A DNA stretch of 64,000 nt from an uncultured Clostridia bacterium (GCA_944383295.1 CALWOW010000013.1:1043-65042), one strand, 5' to 3'. Shown: positions 1-10,696, numbered from the stretch's first letter. Program-made: numbers and translations. Notes: generated by a model not told the origin, from the sequence alone.

Positions 1-566
1 ACAAAGGTTTGGGTATTTTAACTATTGATAACAACGGGATAGGTTATGAAGTTAATGTTAGTACCTTTTGTCTTAATAGTGTGGGCGAAGTTGGGGAAGA
101 GGTTAAATTATATACCTATTTACACGTTCGAGAAGATGAACTTACACTTTTTGGCTTTGCTGATAAGTTTGAAAAAGAAGTTTTTTCAAAATTATTACTT
201 GTAAACGGTGTAGGTCCTAGAATGGCAATAAATATTTTAAGTGGAGTTAGTGCTCAAGATTTAAGCTTTGCTATTGCAACTCAAAATGCAAGTGTATTTA
301 AAGGTATTAAGGGAGTAGGCGCTAAAATTCGCGATAGAATTTTACTAGAATTAAAAGAGAAAATAGATGCGCTTTCACATTTGGCAGAAGTAAATATGAA
401 TGCATGCGAATTAAATCAAAGCGAAAATTTTGCGCAAGCATTAAATGTTTTGATGGATTGGGGAGTTGCAAAACCACAGGCGCAAGATATTTTAACAAAA
501 GTATATGAAACAAGTGATGATATGGAAACTTTAATTGCAAAAGCATTTAGAGAATTAGGGAGATAG
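1..566 (+). CDS. ruvA: Holliday junction DNA helicase RuvA (5' end cut by window edge)
   Basis: Frame of ORF 9..566 is open back to the window edge. Translation shows the OB-fold start (IGYEVNVS) and tandem HhH motifs (VNGVGPRMAINILS, KGVGAKIRDRI). ruvB follows 7 nt downstream. Confidence 0.85.
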   Translation, partial: KGLGILTIDNNGIGYEVNVSTFCLNSVGEVGEEVKLYTYLHVREDELTLFGFADKFEKEVFSKLLLVNGVGPRMAINILSGVSAQDLSFAIATQNASVFKGIKGVGAKIRDRILLELKEKIDALSHLAEVNMNACELNQSENFAQALNVLMDWGVAKPQAQDILTKVYETSDDMETLIAKAFRELGR

Positions 567-572
567 TGCTTT

Positions 573-1625
573 ATGGATAATGAAGACAGATTTATAGCTA
601 GTACAAAATCTGATATAGATGAAGTTATAGAAAATAGTTTGCGTCCAACAACATTAAAAGAATATGTAGGTCAAACAAAATTTAAAAATAATCTTTCTAT
701 ATATATACAAGCAGCAAAGGCAAGAAAAGAACCTTTGGACCATGTGCTATTGTTTGGACCACCAGGATTAGGTAAAACGACATTATCACATATTGTTGCT
801 AATGAATTGGGGGCGCAGTTGAAGGTTACTAGCGGTCCAGCAATTCAGCATGCTGCAGATTTGGCTGCAATTTTGACAAATTTAGGTCGCAACGATGTTT
901 TGTTTATAGATGAAATTCACAGATTAAGTCGTGCTGTTGAAGAAGTTTTGTATCCTGCTATGGAAGACTTTGCGTTAGACTTTGTGGTAGGTAAAGGTCC
1001 AGCAGCTAAAAGTATTCGATTAAAAATTCAACCTTTTACCTTAATAGGCGCAACTACTCGTGCAGGTATGCTTACAGGCCCTTTGCGTGATAGATTTGGA
1101 GTGCTTGGAAGATTGGAGTTGTACGAACCAAATGAATTAAGCGAAATTTTGACTCGTTCTGCAAATATTTTAAATATTGATATTACTCCAGAAGCGTCAT
1201 TGTTAATCGCTCGTTCTTCTCGTGGCACACCACGTATTGCTAATAGATTTTTAAAACGAATAAGAGATTACGCCGATGTAAAAGGTTCGGGTAAAATTGA
1301 TGTTGATATTACAAACAAAGCATTACGAATGATGGAAGTGGACGACCTGGGGCTTGATTTTTTAGACCATCGCATTTTAACTACTATTATAGATAAATTT
1401 AATGGTGGACCTGTTGGATTGGATACCTTGTCGGCAGCGACAGGTGAGGAAGCAACTACTATAGAAGAAGCATACGAGCCTTTTTTGATACAACAAGGTT
1501 TTATTGCACGTACAAGTAAAGGGCGTGTTGCCATGCCACTTGCTTACGAACATTTGGGAAGAAAACTTGATGAAAACAAGGAAGAACAACTACAAAAGAT
1601 AGCAAAAGACATTTTACCTGAATAA
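573..1625 (+). CDS. ruvB: Holliday junction DNA helicase RuvB
   Basis: AAA+ Walker [10 protein letters not shown], Walker [18 protein letters not shown] motif. Length 350 aa. SD GGGAGA upstream. Confidence 0.95.
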   Translation: MDNEDRFIASTKSDIDEVIENSLRPTTLKEYVGQTKFKNNLSIYIQAAKARKEPLDHVLLFGPPGLGKTTLSHIVANELGAQLKVTSGPAIQHAADLAAILTNLGRNDVLFIDEIHRLSRAVEEVLYPAMEDFALDFVVGKGPAAKSIRLKIQPFTLIGATTRAGMLTGPLRDRFGVLGRLELYEPNELSEILTRSANILNIDITPEASLLIARSSRGTPRIANRFLKRIRDYADVKGSGKIDVDITNKALRMMEVDDLGLDFLDHRILTTIIDKFNGGPVGLDTLSAATGEEATTIEEAYEPFLIQQGFIARTSKGRVAMPLAYEHLGRKLDENKEEQLQKIAKDILPE

Positions 1626-1650
1626 AAGTCAAAAATTGACAGTAAAATGA

Positions 1651-1678
1651 TTGATTTATTTGGTAAAATATGTATAAT
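1651..1678 (+). promoter_or_regulatory. sigma-A type promoter candidate for yajC (TTGATT-16-TATAAT with TG just upstream of -10)
   Basis: TTGATT at 1651-1656 and TATAAT at 1673-1678, about 30 nt upstream of the yajC start. Confidence 0.4.
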
Positions 1679-1707
1679 TAGAATTATATTTCAATAAGGA
1701 GAATTAA

Positions 1708-2235
1708 ATGTTCAATTCATTATTAGGTGAAGCAACAGGTGGCAATGCAACAATGTGGGTATTGTTAGTGTTGCTTGCTGTATTGATTATTGCTTATATC
1801 TTTAGTTATTACAAGCGTAAAAAATACAATCAAGAAACTACAAATATGCTCAACTCTTTAAAGCCTGGGGATAAAGTTAAAACATACAGCGGTTTTTATG
1901 GTACAGTTGTTTCAATTAAAGAAACTACTGATGGCAAAGTTGTAACTTTGGAAACAGGTGACGAGAAACACAAGAGTTATACTTCTATCGATTCAAACGC
2001 AATATATTGTATTGACAAAAAAGAAGACATAGTATATGACACAGAAGGTAATATTGTTATGCCTGCTAGCGAAGATGAGAAACAAGAAGTATTAGAACAG
2101 GAAACAGTTGCCGAACAAGTTGAAGATAATGCTACGTCACAAGAAGAAACTGTAGAAAGTGATGCTAACATTGTTGTTGAAGAAGCGCCAGAGGAAGAAA
2201 AGAAACCTCGTAAGAAACGCACATCTAAAAAATAA
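1708..2235 (+). CDS. yajC: preprotein translocase subunit YajC with long acidic/lysine-rich C-terminal extension
   Basis: Single N-terminal TM followed by the YajC core LKPGDKVKTYSGFYGTVVSI. SD AAGGAG. Located upstream of secDF. Confidence 0.8.
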   Translation: MFNSLLGEATGGNATMWVLLVLLAVLIIAYIFSYYKRKKYNQETTNMLNSLKPGDKVKTYSGFYGTVVSIKETTDGKVVTLETGDEKHKSYTSIDSNAIYCIDKKEDIVYDTEGNIVMPASEDEKQEVLEQETVAEQVEDNATSQEETVESDANIVVEEAPEEEKKPRKKRTSKK

Positions 2236-2261
2236 AAAAGCACTCTATTTTGAGTACTTTT

Positions 2262-2663
2262 TTATTTTCTAATGGCAAAAGCAATTATACCAGAAATTAA
2301 GCCTATTAGGGAACCGAAAACAAAATCATTTAATAAATTAAGCGTTATTCTAAATTCACCATCTAAAATCGAAAATATTAGAAAAGCAAAAATAGTGTAG
2401 AGTGCGCCTATAAACAATCCCCAGAGCCAGCCGTTAGATTTAATTTTTTTACTAGCGACATAACAACCAACTAATATACTGAGCACTTTTATTACTTGAT
2501 TGATAGGGGAGATAGCGTTTTCCGAAATATTTGTAAACTTGATTATAAAAGCAAAAATAAGTATACAAATTAAAGAAAAAGAAATTGCCCAAAACACACC
2601 TTTAAGCATGCTTAATATATTTGAATTTTTGTTATTTAGTACTAATTTTGCGCTTTCTGCCAT
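2262..2663 (-). CDS. small integral membrane protein (TIGR04086/YrzE-like, tentative)
   Basis: Four predicted TM helices. I moved the start to the ATG at 2663 (MAESAK) because AGGAGG sits 6 nt upstream of it. The longer ORF start at 2702 has no SD. Confidence 0.45.
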   Translation of the reverse strand: MAESAKLVLNNKNSNILSMLKGVFWAISFSLICILIFAFIIKFTNISENAISPINQVIKVLSILVGCYVASKKIKSNGWLWGLFIGALYTIFAFLIFSILDGEFRITLNLLNDFVFGSLIGLISGIIAFAIRK

Positions 2664-2782
2664 TTTTGTCCTCCTGATTTTTTTATTAATATATGGTGTC
2701 ATAAAAATAATTATTACAAATTTATAAAAAACATAAAACTGTCAATAATCTAATTGAAATTAAAAAAATGCTTTTAAAATAA

Positions 2783-2811
2783 TTGACTTGAATGCAGATT
2801 TATATTATAAT
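2783..2811 (+). promoter_or_regulatory. sigma-A type promoter candidate for secDF (TTGACT-17-TATAAT)
   Basis: TTGACT at 2783-2788, 17-nt spacer, TATAAT at 2806-2811. Confidence 0.45.
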
Positions 2812-2838
2812 GACAAGTAACTATAAGGAGTTTACTCA

Positions 2839-4137
2839 ATGAATAAGGCTACAGCAATTAAACGATTTATTTTTATTGGTATATTTTTAGTTTTAGGAAT
2901 TGTGTTGGCTTTTGGTCAATTTGATATACCTGGGACGCATTATACTTACAATGGTTTTGTTAATTCTATCAAACTCGGTCTAGATTTAAAGGGCGGAGTT
3001 TTAGCGGTATATGAAGCAACAAGTTTAGACGGCGATGATACTGATTTTAGTCAAAAACTAGACGCTACAAGACAGCGTGTTAGTGATTTGATAACTGCAG
3101 AATATACAGAAGCTGTTATTTCTATTCAACAAGGGAATAGATTGCGTATTGAAGTTCCTGATGTTGATAATCCAGAAGAGATTTTTGATTTGATAGGTCA
3201 ACCTGCTTCTCTTGAATTTAAAAAAGAAAACAGTGCAACAGCAGAAGCAGTTTTGACTGGTCAAAATATTAAATCTGTACAAGCAACTCAACAGCAAAAT
3301 TCTAGCGGAGTGTTAGAATACGGTGTTTCGATTACCTTTGATGCAGAAGGCGCACAAAAGTTTTTTGAATTAACCACTGAAATGCAAGGCTCTCAAATTT
3401 ATATATTTAAAAACGGCGAATTATTCTCTGCTCCAACGGTAAATTCGGCTATCGCTGGTGGTACTACATTTATTTCTGGTAGTATGGCAGATATGTCAGA
3501 AGCAGAAGATTTTGCGCTACAAATTTTGAGTGGTACTTTCTCTGTAAATTTAACGTTGTTGGAAAATACTGTTGTTAGTGCAACGCTTGGTGAAAATGCA
3601 TTGTTGTATGGCTTGATTGCAGGTGCCGTTGCTTTGGTGTTAATTTTCGCATTGATGATTTGGCGCTATAGAATGATGGGTGTAATGGCTTGTATTGCTT
3701 TGGCATTCTATGTAATTTTAATGCTATTCTTCTTGCAAGCAATTCCTTTAGTTCAATTAACATTAGCAGGTATCGCAGGTATTATACTTTCAATAGGTAT
3801 GGCTATTGACGGTAATATTATTGTATTTGAGCGTATAAAAGAAGAGTATGCATCAGGAAAGCGTATTGCTCCGTCTATTCGCACGGGCTTTAAGCGTGCT
3901 TTACCAGCAATCTTAGACTCAAACGTAACTACTATTGTTGTTGCATTAGTTTTAGCGTTGCTTGGTACTGGCTCTATTCAGGGTTTTGCAATTACTTTGT
4001 TAATTGGTATAGTATTGAGTATGTTTACTTCTTTGCTGGTAACTCGTGGTTTAATGTATATGTATTATCCACTTAATACCTCAAATGCAAAAATGTACAG
4101 TTTGAGAAGGGAGGAAAATGTAAATGAACTCGTATAG
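2839..4137 (+). CDS. secD: protein translocase subunit SecD
   Basis: N-terminal TM, large periplasmic-type domain, C-terminal 5-TM block with GIAGIILSIGMAIDGNIIVFERIKEE. Overlaps secF by 14 nt. Confidence 0.9.
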   Translation: MNKATAIKRFIFIGIFLVLGIVLAFGQFDIPGTHYTYNGFVNSIKLGLDLKGGVLAVYEATSLDGDDTDFSQKLDATRQRVSDLITAEYTEAVISIQQGNRLRIEVPDVDNPEEIFDLIGQPASLEFKKENSATAEAVLTGQNIKSVQATQQQNSSGVLEYGVSITFDAEGAQKFFELTTEMQGSQIYIFKNGELFSAPTVNSAIAGGTTFISGSMADMSEAEDFALQILSGTFSVNLTLLENTVVSATLGENALLYGLIAGAVALVLIFALMIWRYRMMGVMACIALAFYVILMLFFLQAIPLVQLTLAGIAGIILSIGMAIDGNIIVFERIKEEYASGKRIAPSIRTGFKRALPAILDSNVTTIVVALVLALLGTGSIQGFAITLLIGIVLSMFTSLLVTRGLMYMYYPLNTSNAKMYSLRREENVNELV

Positions 4138-5161
4138 CAAGTATGAAGAAGCAAAGAAAAAGTTTACCCCTTCCAAATGGAGTAAGTATTTTTGGGCTTT
4201 TAGTTTAACTATTATTTTGGTTGGTATTATAGTTTTAGCATGCTTAGGTTTTAATTTGGGTATGGACTTTACAGGTGGTAATATTGTTAAAATTGAAACA
4301 AATACCGATATAACCAACGAGCAATACGATGAAATTGTTAATAAATCATCTACAATTTTAAATGAGCAAGGTTTAAGATTGTCTCTTGCTCAACGTGAGG
4401 GTGAGACAGGTGAAATTTCTGTTTCTATACAATATCAAAACAAAAGCGGTGTTGATGATACAGAAATGGGGAATATAAATGAAGCAATAGTTGCTGCTTT
4501 GAAAGAAGCATTCCCTGATTATACGATAGTTAATGCAGAATCAAAAAGTGCGACAGCAAGTGCGGAGCTTTTAACAAATGCATTGCTAGCTATATTTATT
4601 GCTCTTATCTTTATAATGATTTATATTGCATTTAGATTTGAGTTTTTAAGTGGTGTTGCTGCTTTGATTACATTATTCCATGATGTGCTCGTGATGTGTG
4701 CAATGGTAGCAATTTGTCGAATTGAAATCAATAGCGCTTTCGTGGCGGCAGTTATTACCGTTTTAGGTTATTCTATCAACAACACTATTATTATATTTGA
4801 TAGAGTAAGAGAGAATATGCGCAAACCTAGTCTTGATGCTTTAAGCAACAAAGAAATTGCTGATTTATCAATTAGACAAACTTTAAACAGAACAATTAAT
4901 ACTTCGATTACAACTATTGCGTCTATATTCTTATTGGCTTGTATTGGTGTACCTCAAATGAGTGAATTTGTAATTCCTATTTTGATTGGTTTGACTGCTG
5001 GTACTTATGCTTCAATCTTTATTTCTGCACCTTTATGGACTTATATGATGTCAAAAACTAAAAATGGTATTAGACAAAAGGCGCAAGCAAAGGAAAAGGG
5101 TGAAAAGGTGAAAAGCGAAAACGGTGTTGTTGATGCTGTTGCTACACCAATTGAAGAATAA
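4124..5161 (+). CDS. secF: protein translocase subunit SecF
   Basis: SecF signature GYSINNTIIIFDRVREN and 6-TM topology. SD GGGAGG upstream. Confidence 0.9.
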   Translation: MNSYSKYEEAKKKFTPSKWSKYFWAFSLTIILVGIIVLACLGFNLGMDFTGGNIVKIETNTDITNEQYDEIVNKSSTILNEQGLRLSLAQREGETGEISVSIQYQNKSGVDDTEMGNINEAIVAALKEAFPDYTIVNAESKSATASAELLTNALLAIFIALIFIMIYIAFRFEFLSGVAALITLFHDVLVMCAMVAICRIEINSAFVAAVITVLGYSINNTIIIFDRVRENMRKPSLDALSNKEIADLSIRQTLNRTINTSITTIASIFLLACIGVPQMSEFVIPILIGLTAGTYASIFISAPLWTYMMSKTKNGIRQKAQAKEKGEKVKSENGVVDAVATPIEE

Positions 5162-5170
5162 AAAAATTTG

Positions 5171-5195
5171 CCTTCCTATCTAGGAAGGTTTTTTT
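5171..5195 (+). terminator. rho-independent terminator after secF
   Basis: CCTTCC-tatcta-GGAAGG hairpin followed by a T7 run. Confidence 0.6.
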
Positions 5196-5208
5196 AAAGG
5201 AAACAAAA

Positions 5209-7602
5209 ATGGAATTTCGAAAAATAAAAAATGAAAACTGTACTAAACAAAAAATTGAAGAAATAGCAAAAGAGTTCAAAATATCACATGATGTAGCAGA
5301 ACTCTTGCTTTTGCGTGGTCTAAATGATAAAAATGAAATAGAGAAGTTTTTAAACCCGCAAATCTGTAATATGCACGACCCATTTTTGTTTAATGAAATG
5401 GATATTGTTGTTAATAGAATAAATAAAGCAATAAAAAATAATGAAAGTATCCTTATTTTCGGTGATTATGATGTAGATGGTATCACAAGTAGTTATATTT
5501 TGCTTGATTATTTTAAGAGTGTAGGTATTAATTGCAATACCTTTTTACCTAATAGATATTCAGATGGTTACGGATTGACAAGAGATGCTGTCGATTATGT
5601 TATAAAAGAATTTAAACCTAATTTGATTATAACTGTCGATTGTGGAATTAGCGGTTATGAAGAAATCGAATATATAAAAGGATTTGATATTGATGTAATC
5701 GTTACCGACCATCACGACTGTCCTGAAATTTTACCCAAATGCCCAATAATTGATGCTAAATTGCCAAACCAACGCTATCCATTTAGAGAATTATGTGGGG
5801 CTGGGGTTGCATTGAAAGTTGTAGAAGCATTAGCGGGGCGAGAAACAGCTTTGAAGTATTTACCTGTATGTGCTATTGCTACTGTTTCTGATATAGTTCC
5901 TTTGATTGATGAAAATAGAATTATTGTTAAATTAGGGCTTGATAAACCTATGAGCGCTTACCCTGATGGCATAGTTGCGCTTGCAAAGGAGTTGAAACTT
6001 AGCCCAAAATTAACCAGTCAAGAAGTAAGCTTTAAACTTGCACCAAAACTCAATGCTGCAGGTAGAATGGGAGATGCGAATCATAGTTTAAAACTATACA
6101 TTGAAAAAGATAAAAATAAAATTAATAAGTTAATTGAACAACTATTAAACTACAATACCGAGCGTCAAGATTTGTGCAATATTGTTTATTGTGATTGTGT
6201 TAATGAATTGAAAAAGATTAATTTATCAAACCAAAAAGTTATTGTATTGGCAAAAAAAGATTGGTGCATAGGTATTTTGGGAATTGTTGCTGCTAGAATT
6301 TCGGAAGAATACAACAGACCTACCTTTTTGTTAGGGGAAGAAGGTGGATTTTATAAGGGTTCTTGTAGAAGCATCGAGGGTATGAATATACACAATTTAC
6401 TAACTCAACTAGCTGATATTTTGACAAGTTTTGGTGGACATACTATGGCGGCTGGTATGACTATCGCTGAAGATAAACTTGAAGAATTTAAGACAAGATT
6501 AAACAAAATAGTAGAAGAAGAATATCCTGATGAATTTTTTGCTCCTTTCTATCAATATGATTTAGATATTAATGCCGATGAAATTAGTATTGAAAGACTA
6601 AAAGCTTTGGAAATTTTAGAGCCATTTGGTTGCCAAAATCCTACTCCTATTTTCAAGTTGGAGTTTGAAAAATGCACTGTAACCCCTATGAAAGCAAATT
6701 CTCATCATTTGACTTTACAACTCCCTAAAGTTAATCTTCTTGCTTTTAATAGTGCAGAATATTTTAATCTTGCGAGTCAAAGTAGTAAAAAAGAATGTTT
6801 AGCGGAATTATGGGTTGATGTTTTTAGAGGTAACGCAAGTTGTAAGGGTATAGTTAAAAAGCTTCAATTAGAAGCTTCGCCTAATGTTGGTGCTGAAAGA
6901 GTAGGTGGGGAATATATAAAACAACTTGCTTTAAGTTCGCACGGAATTAAACCGAAATATTCTTCATACAAAAAACAAGATTTAGCAAATTTATTAAATG
7001 AAAGCAAGAGTGCTATTTATGGTACTCTGGTCATAGCAAACACCTTGCAAAGTTATAAAGATTTTATTGAAAATTTTAAAGATAAATTTAAAATAATTTG
7101 TTATGAATATTTAACTTTAACGAATAACAACGGATATAACACTTTGTGTCTTTGCCCTTCTTTGTCAAATGATTTTAAAAATTATAACCGCATTATTTTG
7201 TTGGATAGTGTATTAGATGAAGCGTACATAGTAAATTTCAATTTAAATAGCAAGGCAACAATATATTTGCCAAACGCTACTCCATTTTTGTACACTCCTT
7301 TTGCTAATTTGGATATCTCGAGAAAAGTTTTTGGTGAATATTTCAATGTGATTAAGAAAGCAAGTAAAATGTATCTAACTGCGTATGATGATTTTAATTA
7401 TTACAACAAATTGAAGAGAACGCACCATAACCTAAATTATGTACAATTTGTTTGTTGTGTTGCTACATTTGAGCAGTTAGGGTTGTTGGAAGTCAATAAC
7501 GAAACGGGCAATTATTTTATAACTATGAAAAGCTCCACACCAACTCAACTAAATAAATCGCATTTTTACAACAAACTTGAATTAATTATGAAATCTTATT
7601 AA
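5209..7602 (+). CDS. recJ: single-stranded-DNA-specific exonuclease RecJ
   Basis: DHH family motifs DYDVDGITS, TVDCG, VTDHHD, plus a DHHA1 region GGHTMAAG. 797 aa, the long Firmicute form. Confidence 0.9.
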   Translation: MEFRKIKNENCTKQKIEEIAKEFKISHDVAELLLLRGLNDKNEIEKFLNPQICNMHDPFLFNEMDIVVNRINKAIKNNESILIFGDYDVDGITSSYILLDYFKSVGINCNTFLPNRYSDGYGLTRDAVDYVIKEFKPNLIITVDCGISGYEEIEYIKGFDIDVIVTDHHDCPEILPKCPIIDAKLPNQRYPFRELCGAGVALKVVEALAGRETALKYLPVCAIATVSDIVPLIDENRIIVKLGLDKPMSAYPDGIVALAKELKLSPKLTSQEVSFKLAPKLNAAGRMGDANHSLKLYIEKDKNKINKLIEQLLNYNTERQDLCNIVYCDCVNELKKINLSNQKVIVLAKKDWCIGILGIVAARISEEYNRPTFLLGEEGGFYKGSCRSIEGMNIHNLLTQLADILTSFGGHTMAAGMTIAEDKLEEFKTRLNKIVEEEYPDEFFAPFYQYDLDINADEISIERLKALEILEPFGCQNPTPIFKLEFEKCTVTPMKANSHHLTLQLPKVNLLAFNSAEYFNLASQSSKKECLAELWVDVFRGNASCKGIVKKLQLEASPNVGAERVGGEYIKQLALSSHGIKPKYSSYKKQDLANLLNESKSAIYGTLVIANTLQSYKDFIENFKDKFKIICYEYLTLTNNNGYNTLCLCPSLSNDFKNYNRIILLDSVLDEAYIVNFNLNSKATIYLPNATPFLYTPFANLDISRKVFGEYFNVIKKASKMYLTAYDDFNYYNKLKRTHHNLNYVQFVCCVATFEQLGLLEVNNETGNYFITMKSSTPTQLNKSHFYNKLELIMKSY

Positions 7603-7614
7603 TACGGTGAAATT

Positions 7615-8793
7615 ATGACAAGATTAAGAATACCTAAGATTGCTCCTAAGCCAAAAGATTACTCAAAAATACCATGGACTGAGGAGTTTAGAGATAAATT
7701 TCCAACTAGAAAAATTACGAAATACTTAAATGATGATGTAGGAATAGAAGATTTACGTGATTTTTTGTTTGCTGAAAAGCATGTAGATTTTCGAAAATCA
7801 TTATTACTTGTAAATGCATTGAAAAACGAACACGGAATTGTAAGAAATGATAATGAAGTTTTATTAACTGTTAATTTCCCTTTTTGTGAATGGAGATGTG
7901 TTGATTGTAACCGTACAATGTACCAAAAATCTAAGTGTAGCGATGTTTATATGTATTATTTCGACGCAATTATGCGTGAAATTCAACTCACTAGAGAAAT
8001 TATTAAAAAGAAATGCTATATTGTGAAGGCGATTTGTTTTACAGGGAATTTGCTGGCGCTAGATGAAAGAGAGTTGGAACAAGTCTTGCAGGCTTGCGCT
8101 TATTCATTAAGTGAATCTTGTGTCGAGTTGGGCAATCCTAAGTTTATTACAAGAACAAAATTAGAAATTTTAAAGAAATATAATGTTACTAGATTTATTG
8201 TAAATGCCTTGACATTTAATACTGTGTCTTTAAGAAAACTTTGTAGGCGTTATGAATTTAAAGATGTTTATGATTATTATAAACTAATTGCTGAATATGG
8301 ATTTGATTTGAGTATAGAACTTTGTGTTGGCTTATTAGCAGAACACGAAATTCAATTAGGCAGAAATATTCAACTCGCTATCGAACTTGGTGCAAGTTGT
8401 ATTGATTTATATTCAAGGTGTTGCCCTTATAATAGGAATGAAAGAGATTTAACTGATATAAAAATGATAAGCGAGCAAAGGCGGTTGTTAGAGTTTGCAA
8501 ATGAAACTTTACACAACAACGGTTATTATCCATACTTTTTATATTGTACTGAAGTAAATAACGGTTGCTTTGAAAATGTTGGTTATGCGTTACCAAACAA
8601 GCGATGCAAATATATGGAAGATTTAAAAGAAGAAATTTCTACAGTTATTGGTTGCGGTTCTGATGCAAAATCGGTAATAGTTAAGAATTTACACAATACT
8701 CGCAAGTATCTAAACAATACCTACGATATGGGGCAATATGTATTTGGAATTGATGAAATTTTGGACAAGAAGCGCAAGTTTTTTGAGTTATAA
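7615..8793 (+). CDS. radical SAM protein, HemN/HemZ-like but divergent
   Basis: CX3CX2C cluster motif in FPFCEWRCVDCNRT. Overall HemN-like layout, but the usual GGGTP stretch reads FTGNLLAL. Starts 12 nt after recJ. Confidence 0.6.
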   Translation: MTRLRIPKIAPKPKDYSKIPWTEEFRDKFPTRKITKYLNDDVGIEDLRDFLFAEKHVDFRKSLLLVNALKNEHGIVRNDNEVLLTVNFPFCEWRCVDCNRTMYQKSKCSDVYMYYFDAIMREIQLTREIIKKKCYIVKAICFTGNLLALDERELEQVLQACAYSLSESCVELGNPKFITRTKLEILKKYNVTRFIVNALTFNTVSLRKLCRRYEFKDVYDYYKLIAEYGFDLSIELCVGLLAEHEIQLGRNIQLAIELGASCIDLYSRCCPYNRNERDLTDIKMISEQRRLLEFANETLHNNGYYPYFLYCTEVNNGCFENVGYALPNKRCKYMEDLKEEISTVIGCGSDAKSVIVKNLHNTRKYLNNTYDMGQYVFGIDEILDKKRKFFEL

Positions 8794-8795
8794 TC

Positions 8796-8824
8796 TTTAC
8801 AAACACTCTACTATATGGTATACT
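8796..8824 (+). promoter_or_regulatory. sigma-A type promoter candidate for rpsO (TTTACA-17-TATACT)
   Basis: TTTACA at 8796-8801, 17-nt spacer, TATACT at 8819-8824. About 80-nt leader before the TTG start. Confidence 0.45.
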
Positions 8825-8907
8825 AAAAAAGTACCTATATCACAGTTTAACGATTTAACTCCGTGTTTTACTTTGATTTAGGCAAATTTATTTAAAGGAG
8901 AAGCATT

Positions 8908-9159
8908 TTGAACAAACAAGAGATTATAGCGAAATTCGCTAGAAAAGAAGGCGACACCGGTTCTACAGAGGTGCAAATTGCATTGTTAACAGCTCGTATT
9001 TCAGCTTTGACAGAGCATTTAAAAAATCACCCAAAAGACAACCACACACGTCGTGGATTGCTTAAACTTGTTGGTAAACGTAAAGGTTTGTTAAATTACC
9101 TTGAAAAGACTGACCTTGAAAAGTTTAGAGCATTAAAAAACGAACTTGGTATTCGTTAA
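8908..9159 (+). CDS. rpsO: 30S ribosomal protein S15
   Basis: Translation [17 protein letters not shown]...[29 protein letters not shown] is canonical S15. TTG start with AAAGGAG SD. Confidence 0.95.
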   Translation: MNKQEIIAKFARKEGDTGSTEVQIALLTARISALTEHLKNHPKDNHTRRGLLKLVGKRKGLLNYLEKTDLEKFRALKNELGIR

Positions 9160-9162
9160 TAG

Positions 9163-9190
9163 AAAAGCGAGATTTTCTCGCTTTTTCTTT
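9163..9190 (+). terminator. rho-independent terminator after rpsO
   Basis: GCGAGA-ttt-TCTCGC hairpin, extended by A/T pairs and followed by a T-run. Confidence 0.7.
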
Positions 9191-9259
9191 TTTATAAGAT
9201 TAGTTGTGTTTTATAAGTTTTTATATTATACTAATATATAGAGTTAATAGGGGTAAAGA

Positions 9260-10000
9260 ATGTTTATAGACTCGCATGCTCATCTTTTTGATGATAGAAT
9301 TGATATAGCAAAATGTAATTTAGATTTAGTCGATGCTGTCATTGTACCTGCATACAAGTATGAAAACTTTGAAAAAGCATTAAGATTTTGTGAAACAAGT
9401 AAAAAATATTTCTGTGCTTTGGGTATCCATCCAGAGTTTGCTAGCGAGTTTAACAAAGAAATCAAAAATTACATAATTAGTAAAAAAGATAAAATAGTTG
9501 CCATTGGTGAAATAGGTTTAGACTGCTCTTATACTAGCGACACTAATACTCAAATTGAAACTTTTAGGCAACAATTAGAATTGGCTGAAATACTTAATTT
9601 ACCTATTATTATACATTTACGCAAAGAACAAGATTTCAAAAATTTTTTTGAAATTATAAAAGATTACAAAGTTAGGGGTGTTTTGCACTGCTTTAATGGC
9701 AACTTACAAGATTGTAAAAAGTCAGTAGATTTAGGTTTTTATATATCATTTGCGGGTAATTTAACATACAAAGGCAATGTTGAGTTAAGGAAAATTGCCA
9801 AATTTGTACCGCTGGACTCAATTTTAATTGAAACTGATTCGCCATCTATGTTACCTGCGAATTTTCGCAGAAAAGGGATAAACACTTCGCAAAATATAAG
9901 TTTTGTTGCTGAAAAATTGGCTGAAATTAAGCAAATTAGCATACAAGAAATTGCTGAAATCACTAAACAAAATGCAAAAACTTTATTTAAGTTGAATTAG
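9260..10000 (+). CDS. tatD: TatD family metal-dependent hydrolase/DNase
   Basis: N-terminal IDSHAHL, internal GEIGLD and ETDSP motifs. 246 aa. Confidence 0.9.
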   Translation: MFIDSHAHLFDDRIDIAKCNLDLVDAVIVPAYKYENFEKALRFCETSKKYFCALGIHPEFASEFNKEIKNYIISKKDKIVAIGEIGLDCSYTSDTNTQIETFRQQLELAEILNLPIIIHLRKEQDFKNFFEIIKDYKVRGVLHCFNGNLQDCKKSVDLGFYISFAGNLTYKGNVELRKIAKFVPLDSILIETDSPSMLPANFRRKGINTSQNISFVAEKLAEIKQISIQEIAEITKQNAKTLFKLN

Positions 10001-10009
10001 GGGTAAAAA

Positions 10010-10687
10010 ATGGAAGAATTTCAAAGATTTGAATTACAAATTGGAAGTGATGGAATAGAAACATTAAAAAATAGTCATATCGCTATTTTTGGGCTGGGTG
10101 GCGTTGGTGGTTTTGTTGCAGAAACGCTAGCACGTAGCGGTGTAGGTCAATTTACTTTGGTGGATAAAGATACGATAGATTTGACTAATTTGAATAGACA
10201 AATTTTAGCATTACATAGCACTATTGGTCAAAGCAAAGTTGAAGTATGCAAATCTAGGATAATGGATATTAATCCTAGTGCAATGGTTAGTGCATTTAAA
10301 GTTTATTATGCAAAGAATAATTTTGAATTAGAGTTTTCTCAATTCGATTACGTTGTAGATGCTGTTGATGATGTTGAGGTAAAGATTGAAATCATTAAAC
10401 AAGCAAAATTGGCAAACAAGCCTGTTATCTCTTGTATGGGTACAGGAAATAAGCTAAACTCTATGCTATTTAAAATAGACGATATATATAAGTCAAATAC
10501 GTGTCCGTTAGCCAAGAAAATGCGTAAAAAATTAATTGATTTGGGTATTGATAAGGTAAAATGTTTGTATTCTACTGAAAGACCTTTACAAGTAATAGAT
10601 AAAACCATTTCAAGTAATTCTTTTGTCCCTAGCGTTGCGGGAATATTGATAGGGAGAGAAGTAATTTTAGATTTATTAGAGAAGTAA
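10010..10687 (+). CDS. tcdA: ThiF/MoeB-fold protein, tRNA threonylcarbamoyladenosine dehydratase TcdA-like
   Basis: Rossmann motif IFGLGGVGGFVAETLARSGVG, then DKDTIDLTNLNRQ. Size and layout match YgdL/TcdA. Confidence 0.8.
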   Translation: MEEFQRFELQIGSDGIETLKNSHIAIFGLGGVGGFVAETLARSGVGQFTLVDKDTIDLTNLNRQILALHSTIGQSKVEVCKSRIMDINPSAMVSAFKVYYAKNNFELEFSQFDYVVDAVDDVEVKIEIIKQAKLANKPVISCMGTGNKLNSMLFKIDDIYKSNTCPLAKKMRKKLIDLGIDKVKCLYSTERPLQVIDKTISSNSFVPSVAGILIGREVILDLLEK

Positions 10688-10696
10688 ATTTTGCTG

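Noticed and set aside
8825-8907. Possible S15 autoregulatory leader structure upstream of rpsO.
   Set aside because: I could not fold a convincing pseudoknot or three-way junction by eye. Only short imperfect complementarity is present (CACAG...CCGTG).
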